Of a stretch of 64,000 bases of DNA, positions 54,609 through 64,000 are shown piece after piece; positions within the stretch are counted from its first letter, which is position 1; each line of letters begins with the position of its first letter. The position numbers were made by a program, and so were the translations under genes. Below the pieces are notes generated by a model that saw nothing but the letters and a program-made list of their open reading frames with translations, did no database searches and was not told where the DNA came from. Origin of the DNA: Eledone cirrhosa (taxonomy: Eukaryota); assembly GCA_964016885.1 (NCBI GenBank), contig OZ024741.1:116684001-116748000 (forward strand). The letters are read 5' to 3'.

Positions 54609-55305
54609 TTTTTTTTTTTAGTTTTTTAATTTTTTTAAACACTTTAGTCTTTATTGTGTTGTATCAGATGAAAGAATGGTATTTAACTAATGTATTGGTA
54701 CGCGATGGGGCCCACCGACAGCCCCGGCGGACAGAATGGAGAAGGCGTTTCCCCGGAGGACGGCAAGGGAGACGCGCTGGAAAAGCCACTCCAACTCGCG
54801 GGGCTCACACCTGCGGCTGGCCAGTTCAGCGCCTATGGTGGTGAGTAAGGAGGTAGCCCTGGGGCCGGGGACACCAGAAGTCTCCACTGCCAGGGGAACA
54901 ATCGCAAACCTGTCGGAGAGCGACCGGTATTTGAGGAGTTTGGCCCCCTCAGCCCGACGTGCAGCAGAACCTGGGTCAGTCGCAGACTGCACCAGGTTGC
55001 GACTGCAGAAAGTGTCGGTGCAAGTGGCATCCCAGACGAGGGGTTTGCCACCGCGGAACGGGAAGATGGTCATGCCATCTGGCCTTTTGCCGTCCCCTCG
55101 ATCCAGCCTCACCGGCTCGAGCTGGGAAGGGAAGCCTGCAGCGTCCAAGCCATGCTTAATGACCTCGTTGAGGGCAGAATGGCGTGGAATGCGGCCGGCA
55201 CTGTGGCGACAGGAAAGCGGGTGGAGGCCGAAAGAGTCCACAGTGGAACCGCAGCGACATTGGTGTGACTGGCAGATCCGGAGGCCGAGCCTCAGGGAAA
55301 AGCCG
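54609..55305 (-). mobile_element. 5'-truncated CRE-like RLE retrotransposon (zinc knuckle plus PD-(D/E)XK nuclease)
   Basis: LRLG..C.C....H..SC....RH..N...KRPDG.....WDATC.D..A.R.E..K..KY....PLAVETSG..QR.S....RGNA; AATAAA and A-tail at 54609-54655. Confidence 0.85.
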
Positions 55306-55597
55306 TAACCAATGAAAATGAAAGATACCAATCAATCATATATTTAAGCTCAATGTGTTTATGTTATTATATATATATGTATACAAGGTGTCCCCAAAAA
55401 TGTATACACACTTCAATAGCATTTTAATAAATGTTGCCTGTACAGGTAATAAATTGAAGTGAAAACCAACAGGTGCGCGTGCTTTTATTGTCAGCATGAC
55501 CCTCCCAAAGTATAATAATATCTGTTTCCACACACGTTTTCAGATAGGAAATCTCGCAAAACAAATTCAAATACGAATTATATAAATATATATTAAT

Positions 55598-55800
55598 ATA
55601 GGAAAAGATTCAGGACCCCGACGGCAGAGCACAAGCCGTTTCGACGGCTATTTCTGGACGTCAAGAAATAGCCGTCGAAACGGCTTGAGCTCTGCCATCT
55701 GGGTCCTGGACCTTTACCTATTACCCACTCTACTATCAGAAGTATCGAGTACTCTGGTGAGTTATGGTCCACCTGGTTCCTTACCACACTTTTCTCGTTA
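55598..55800 (+). mobile_element. Family H2 fold-back element copy (more diverged)
   Basis: Hairpin 55598-55721 and tail homologous to 24328-24405. Confidence 0.7.
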
Positions 55801-55878
55801 TATATATATATTAGAAAGTGAGGTTTTTTTACAAAATGAAAAAAAAAACGAGGTGTCCTACACGAGTGAAAGCATAAG

Positions 55879-56338
<460 letters not shown>

Positions 56339-57359
56339 ATTAGTATTGGTGCTCTGAAATAGCGATGTATACATGAATGTATTTGGCAATATACTGTATG
56401 TATATTATATATATATATAACTTTGATAGGTTTCGGCCAGTATTGGCCCAGGCCATGTCTAACTTATATATGAATATTTATAGTAGACTTAATGTAGATA
56501 TATCAACCAATTTTGGATTAAAAGCCTTAGCTGAGAAAAGAATAAAGTGTATGTGTAAACACTTTCCACTATTTCCCGTACACAGAGAAACAAAAGAGTT
56601 ATGCCTGCATTTCTGAGATTCTTGTTTCCTCATCAGAGAACAACTACCTCTAAGATTATGTGTCCGGAGAAATATTTCTATTACAGTGCGGTATATGTCA
56701 TACAGAATATAGATGCATATGTTTGGTGACGCAATTAAATATATAATATGCCTGAACACATCGCATATGGTATGGAGTCGTAACTCTTGAGGGAGTCACA
56801 GGGGCGTCGTATTGACATACGGCCCTTCTTTGGGCATTTTAAAACCTGGCGGCGCCTATCTCTTCTCCAGGTCTGATTACAGATTTCTTCCAGGGAAGAA
56901 CTGAGAGTTAGTGAAAGGAAGTGAGAAAGAGGTATAGAGGAAGAATGGAGCTCAGTACTAGATTATTACATTTTTTTTATTAACCTCGAATGGATGAAAA
57001 GCAAAGTTGATTTCAGCGGGATTTGAATTGAGAGAATAGAGAGCCAGAACACCCTAACGACTCTGCCAATTCGCCGCAGGAAAATATAGACACATTAAGA
57101 TAAGGAAAAAAATGACCTTTTTTTACTATCTTAAAGTATGTATATTTTCCTGAATATTATTTTCTCTCCGTGTACAAAATACTATGTGTTTCTCAAACTA
57201 TATATGATTCTTTCTCTCTACATATACCTTTTTACTTTGAATAATTGATGCTCTGAACCAAGGTCCACTGAGCTTATTTATTGAGAACCATGATCATCAT
57301 ACATATATGATCATCATACATAGTATACACACACACACATACACACACATGCGCGCGCG

Positions 57360-57390
<31 letters not shown>

Positions 57391-57849
57391 CGTAAAGAAT
57401 TACTGCCTGACGGCTGAGCTCTTTACAATACCTACACTCTACTTTCAGTGACAGAAAATACTCCAGCCCCAAACAATTACTAGCTCTCTACAAAACTCAA
57501 ATAAGAGCCGAGACGATGCTGTTATTGCTCACCCTGATATCTTTGAACACAAGCAGACAAAAACAAACAAAATGGCTAATTGGTATATAAAGTCACTCAC
57601 TGACATTCTCAAACCACTAGCAAACAGATGTGCTTTCCCCACACCCTGTCTCTTCTTGTCCACGAACCAGGAGGCAGACATACCCTTAAGTTTCATTTAT
57701 GGTGGTGACATGTGGAATAAATTTACTTAAGCACTATATACGATTTAAAAAAATGAAAAATATTATATGTAGTCATTTTATAGACATATATTATTGTATG
57801 TAGTCTGTTATAGTTTTATCTCAGAGAGTCCCATGATCAAAGATAATGT

Positions 57850-58140
57850 AAACCCTTTGTGACTACTACAATGGTCTCGGACGTAGCTAGTCTCCTGCCA
57901 CCTCTACTCAGACATTCATAACTCCTTCGTCTTGCCTCCGCTTATTACGTCGTGTCCACCAACCCCAGGTCCAGCACTAACCACGATACCCAGGCATTCT
58001 TAGTCAAGAACGCTGCCCTTTTGGAACTTCCTCTCTGCTCAGTTCATTTCTTTTTTTAAAAGAGCGGACTTGAAATAGTTTAATTGGAACATTAACGGCA
58101 ACAATTTCTCCAGTCATGGAGGGCCTGCAAAGGCCTTGGG
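57850..58140 (+). mobile_element. Decayed CR1/L2/jockey-group LINE 3' end
   Basis: S..ASLLPPL....LRL....V....R......F..RT...WN.L motif order. Confidence 0.45.
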
Positions 58141-58337
58141 CGCTGTCCTTTCTTCCAGCCCAACCAAAAAGAAGAAGATGGCGACGATCTTCATCAACAG
58201 CAGCAGCATGAACTACAAGCTGTAGAAGTAGAAGGAGGAAGGTTCTTCTACCTAAAATTGTCTCTCCTTGTTCAAAATAATTGCCAACCTCACTCGGAAC
58301 AACAAACTTCAATTCTACCTGCCTTGGCTGAACCGTG

Positions 58338-58585
58338 TTACTTCTTTTTCTTCTTCGGCCGAGTTTACACTCGCAAACTTTCAGCACGCTTTCTCCAATC
58401 ATCCCGGTCAAGCATGACATTTCTCAGTTCGTCGATGTTATCAATGTTGGCATCTCTCATCAAGGTATCAATGAATGAGACGGCCTGTCTTCCCACACTT
58501 CTTCGTCCGACCGCCGGTTTCCAGAGCACAAGTTGTGATGCTATCTCTTCTGGATGACGGATGCAGTGCCCAACCAGTTTCATTC
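58338..58585 (-). mobile_element. RTE-like LINE 3' fragment
   Basis: RMKLVGHCIRHPEE.AS.LVLWKP..GRR..GR....ID.L..D....EL...M.DR..W; (GAA)-rich tail. Confidence 0.75.
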
Positions 58586-59115
58586 GGGTCCCAAATAATA
58601 TGGGGGTGGTGGTGGAATAAGCGATGGGGTTGGAAAATCGGTAATTTTTCTAGGTTGTCTCCGTTGATTTAAAAAAAAAACTAGAATTAGTCGTTTAGTT
58701 TACATATTGAGACCCCAACCCATCATATTCATTTTATAACGTATGGGAATTCTAGTAATGTACATGTATAATGTTTTTTAATGTCTAAAAATATTAAGTG
58801 TCGCAGGAATGCTACCACTTAAAATAAAATTTCGCCGGAGATAGAGTAGCAAAATTTAATAAGCAGGGTGGCTGGGTGGGTGGAAACATCTGAAAAATTG
58901 ATAAGCGGGATGGGGGGGGGGGGGATTATTCGAGACCCGAGAATAAGTTGATTGAATTTTAAAGCAATTCGTCCACCACCACTACATAGACCATCATCTC
59001 CACCAAAACCAACACCACCACCAATTCCATCACAAACACCTAGACCACCATCTTCATTATTACCACCAAATCCTCACTACACCCCACCTTAACATTGACT
59101 CCAACACCACCACCA

Positions 59116-59163
<48 letters not shown>

Positions 59164-59901
59164 AAAGCAGGTTATATATATAAACCTAGGCCAGATGTGA
59201 AATGTAACCCCATTTCAAAACTATTAATTATTTCACTAATTAGTGTTAAATACGTATGTGTGGGTTACTGTTATAGCACTGGAATGAATGGTATCAACCT
59301 TAATGCAACGAAACCGTAGTAATTTCCAGAGGTTGACTGAGGTGATGGGACTGTCCTTCTTTCCGTTGTTTTTTTCCCATAGTCTTTGTCCTGTGCGCTC
59401 CCTATTTTGAATTTATATTCTAAAAACTTAGCCATGTAGGCTATTTTGAAACTATCATATAATAGACATCACACCACCCGGTCTGTTTTCCTCTATTCTC
59501 CCTCCTTACCATTTCTAAGTGTCCTTCTTTGTTTGTACATTGGACAACAGTCCTTATTCTATTTTACTATTTCTCTCCTTTTTATATTTTTTCTCCTTTG
59601 GCTAAGCCCTTGTGCACTCTATATTTATGTACGTTTCCTAAAGGCATAACTTGTCTCTGCCTATGTTGCTGTGTCCCATTGTGAACTGGAATGAACGGTA
59701 TCGACCTTAATGCACAAGAAAGTGATTTCCAGAGGTGATGGGACTGTCCGCCTTTCCGTTGTTTTTTCCAGGGTCTTTGTCCTGTTCTTGTGCGCTCCCA
59801 GTTTTGAGTATATATATACATAAACGGTTTTATGATAAACTTAAATGATGCATTTTTGTATATGCGAAATATGACAGTAAACATGTCACACACACGCACA
59901 G

Positions 59902-59950
<49 letters not shown>

Positions 59951-59981
59951 ACTTAAATATATATGCACACATACAAACTTG

Positions 59982-60042
<61 letters not shown>

Positions 60043-60204
60043 GTATATTTATTAAAATAACAGATTAAGTTGAAGCAAAGAATTGGTGCTTTCACCCTTA
60101 ACGGGATCTTCTGAAACTAGGGTACTTATATATTTGATATATATTTATCCTTATCGAGCCCTCTTGGGATTTTGGGATTTTAGTCTTCACATTATTATTA
60201 TTAC

Positions 60205-60267
<63 letters not shown>

Positions 60268-60592
60268 TGTGCTAACATATAACAGAATAGAAAAAAATTC
60301 TAGAACTTAGGTAGGTCCCTCGTCAAAATCGTAGGATCCTGCAAACTGGCCTACCTCTGCATCCCCCTTGTTCTAGCCCTATTACCACTACTACTACTAT
60401 CACTACTACTCCCCACCACCACCACCACTACCACCACCACTACTACTACTACTACAGTCAACAAGTAATAAAGACGATATGAAATACTTCTGCTCCTCCC
60501 CCACCGCTACGCTTTAATAATCACTCACTGATCGATACATCCAACGAGGGTGTGTTTGATCAATTTATGCCTACATACACATACATATATAC

Positions 60593-60641
<49 letters not shown>

Positions 60642-60676
60642 AGTTTATCCCGGGTTCAATCGGGGGTAACCACAGA

Positions 60677-60709
<33 letters not shown>

Positions 60710-60711
<2 letters not shown>

Positions 60712-60825
60712 GGTTGACCCCAAAGTCACTAGATCATTTCAAAATAATAATCCTTTTATTTATCAAATATTTACTGTAAAAAAAGTTATATTTTAAAATA
60801 GTATAGTGACTTTTGGGGCACCCTG
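60710..60825. mobile_element. Tc1/mariner-type mini-MITE
   Basis: CAGGTTGACCCCAAAGTCACTA / TAGTGACTTTTGGGGCACCCTG-TA. Confidence 0.75.
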
Positions 60826-60854
60826 TATGTACACACACACATACACACCCACAC

Positions 60855-60885
<31 letters not shown>

Positions 60886-61137
60886 CACACATACATCACT
60901 TATGGAAAGGCTTGCTGAACACACAAACCGAAACCGCTTAGCGCCGTGGGATTTACACCCCCCCACCACCACCACCACCTTTCTCCCCCCTCTCTCTCTC
61001 TTTCTCTCTCTCTCTCTCTATATATATATATAGAGAGAGAGAGATAGATAGATATATATACTTCGGGTAAATATTGATGCAATTCAATTTAAGCACTCAA
61101 CGTACTTATTCCACATAGGAGTGACGGAGTAAATATC

Positions 61138-61354
<217 letters not shown>

Positions 61355-61486
61355 ATATATATATATTGATATATAATATAATATATATGCACCGACCGAA
61401 ACCGTAGTGCTTTCCAGAGGTTGATTGAGGATATGGGACTGTCCGTTGTTTTTTCCCTGTCTTTGTCATGTGCGCCCTCTAATTTG

Positions 61487-61565
<79 letters not shown>

Positions 61566-62010
61566 CCCCTATTGGTAACTACAAAACAGTTCAAACAGGA
61601 TTAGTACCATCCAAACAGTAGTCTTAAGAGAAACCTCTACGTCGTCGCGCTCGACATGCTAGAAACAGCAGCCAAATCACCCTCATTAAATCGAACCTTA
61701 ACATCTTAACAAGCAAACAAAAAAAAAAAAAAGAAAGAAAAAAAGGAGAAAGAAAGTAGTGTGGGACACATTAAATAACGTTAGTTCGAAATGCCAGTAC
61801 CTTGTACCTGAAATAAAGAGGGAATGGTTACAGCTGGAATATCTTTAGTCATAGGTGTATGTGTTATTCGGCAACTTCCTTGGGCTAAACAACAACAACA
61901 AACCCCGCAACATCAATAACAGTAACAACAACGACAACATCGACAACAATAATTAATTCTGTAGTTACAGAAAATGATTAATAAATAACAAAAACGAAAT
62001 ATTTACTAAC

Positions 62011-62061
62011 CTTTAGCGGTCGTACTATGGTAACCGTTTCAATCGTAGCTGTAGGAGCCAT
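62011..62061 (-). CDS. TMEM47: First coding exon of a TMEM47/VAB-9-like (claudin-superfamily) gene: [17 protein letters not shown]
   Basis: ATG at 62061, AAG|gttagt phase-0 donor, tttag acceptor near 62096; the peptide resembles invertebrate TMEM47 N-termini (..TIETVT..RPLK) from memory; downstream exons not found. Confidence 0.65.
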
Positions 62062-62102
62062 CCTTTAGAATGTAGAATATACCTGGCTAGATATCCTAAA
62101 CG

Positions 62103-62156
<54 letters not shown>

Positions 62157-63144
62157 TACGTGTTTATATACATATATATATATGTATATATATGTATTAA
62201 AAAATATTTATATAAATATATATTTAATATATATCTATATAAATATGTGTATATGTATATATATGTATATATATATATCTATATATATATTATATAAATA
62301 TATTAGTATATATATATATATATATATATTTTATATGTGTGTGTATGTTAATATACGCGCGTGTGTGTATATGTGTTCGTGTGTATTTATATATACACGT
62401 TGTTTTTGTCTGTGTGTATGTGTATGTGTGTGTGTATGTGTTTATTGTCCCAAATAGACGGGTTTACTTAAGTTCGTGTGTAAACTTTTCGCTTTTTTCC
62501 TGCTTAAGAATCTCCTGTCTTTAGTTGCCATCTAGTTTGGCAAGCATCAACAGCACCACCACCAATAACAGGAGCTCTTCGCTATTGCCGCCGCCGCTCC
62601 CCTCATCAGACAAAACACCCTGACACCATCACCACCATTGCTACACTATTTACTTTCCCTCTCTCTTCACTTTTATCTTTTCTCTCTCTCGCTGTAAAGT
62701 AGTACGCATCTTTTTGGTCTCGTTTTACACTACCTTTTATTTTCGCTTTCATAATCATCTTCCCCCTCTCTCTCTGTCCCCCTCTCCCCCTCTCTCGCCC
62801 TCTCTTTATATATATATACATAAAAGTACAGAAAGAATTCACAGACACACAAGTGTATACACACACATAGACACACACAAATATGTACACACACGCACAC
62901 AAAAAATAACACGTAAAAAATACGCGGACACACGCAAGCACACTTCCATCAATGATACACAAATCACACTCACGTAACAACCCTCACGACTTCCCTGGAT
63001 GTTCCACCTAGGCCACCATCCTGGCACGCCGGACTACTCACCTATCCTTCCGAGCCTCCATGAAATATATACATAGTTTAGTGATATATGTATATATAGT
63101 TCAGTGATTGTAATGTCCAGTTACTGTAGGTTCACCAAAGTGAG

Positions 63145-63692
63145 CACGCGATGTGTAGTTTCCAGTAGGTATATTGGTGTTGTACTAAGCAGAGTGTAAG
63201 AATAATAATTGTTTCTACTTTAGCACAAGGCCAGCAATTATCTCAGTACATTACTGGTACTTTAATTTATCGACCCCGTAAGGATGAAAGGCAAAGTTAA
63301 CCTCGGCGGGATTTGAACTCAGATCGTAAAGGGACGTAACTATGCTGGAAAGCATGTCCGACCCTCTACCGATACTGCCAATTCACCACCCGAGTGTAAT
63401 AATAATAATTGTTTCTACTTTTGGCACAAGGCCAGCAATTAAAGGGCCGTAACTCTTTGCTGCAAAGCATGGCGTCCGACCCTCTCCCGATACTGCCAAT
63501 CCAATAATAATTGTTTCTACATTTTGGCACAAGGCAAGCAATTATCCTAGTGTATTACTGGTACTTTATTTTATCGACACCGTAAGGATGAAAAGCAAAG
63601 TTAACCTCGGTGGGATTTGAACTCAGATCGTAAAGGGACGTAACTGTTGCTGCAAAGAATGGCGTCCGACCCTCTACCGATACTGCCAACCA
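63145..63692 (-). mobile_element. Three head-to-tail SINE S1 copies (middle one internally deleted)
   Basis: 63145-63390, 63406-63503, 63509-63692; GAGTGTAA.AATAAT repeated at 63132 and 63392. Confidence 0.85.
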
Positions 63693-63716
63693 CTGCAATA
63701 ATGGTTTCTTTATTGG

Positions 63717-63904
63717 CTTCATTACGTTTATTGAAATGTGGCGCGCGTTTCGCGATTGATCAACTCAAGGCTCGATCTGTATCGATTTGGCCCGACTATG
63801 GAATAAAAAGCTTTTGATTCCAGAATCAGGCCAGATCGATACAGATCGTGCCTTGAGCTGATCAATCGCGAAACACGCGTCACACCTCAATAAACGTAAT
63901 GAAG
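63717..63904. repeat. ~190-bp imperfect palindrome, probably a Penelope-type fold-back
   Basis: CTTCATTACGTTTATTGA.. / ..TCAATAAACGTAATGAAG; GAAACACGCGTC motif; (TA)n just downstream. Confidence 0.7.
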
Positions 63905-64000
63905 ATCTAACACCCTGTCCTTTATATATATATATATATATATCAATGGAAGCCCGCAAGGACTTTCCATTTATTTTTGAGACTCGAACCCGATTCGGTA

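Overview
AT-rich, microsatellite-dense animal DNA, mostly intronic/intergenic. The repeat landscape looks cephalopod/octopus-like, but that is inference. Most ORF-track entries are translations of (TA)n, (CA)n or (GA)n. Supported content: (1) a near full-length, young-looking Tx1/L1-clade retrotransposon (44.6-50.3 kb) sitting in a (TATC)n tract; (2) several 5'-truncated RTE LINEs with (GAT)n tails and a PHD-like finger inside ORF2; (3) 3' fragments of two restriction-like-endonuclease retrotransposons (R4/Dong-like in (TACA)n, and CRE-like); (4) Penelope-like GIY-YIG remnants; (5) many short non-coding fold-back elements embedded in (TA)n, several with hammerhead-ribozyme cores, including a complete type I hammerhead at about 12.5 kb in a circularly permuted ~450-nt unit; (6) many tRNA-derived SINEs, hAT, Tc1/mariner and TTAA MITEs, and minisatellites. 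Host-gene signal is sparse: a minus-strand start exon of a TMEM47/VAB-9-like gene ([17 protein letters not shown]) at about 62.0 kb, and a frame-consistent chain of three small plus-strand exons of unknown product.
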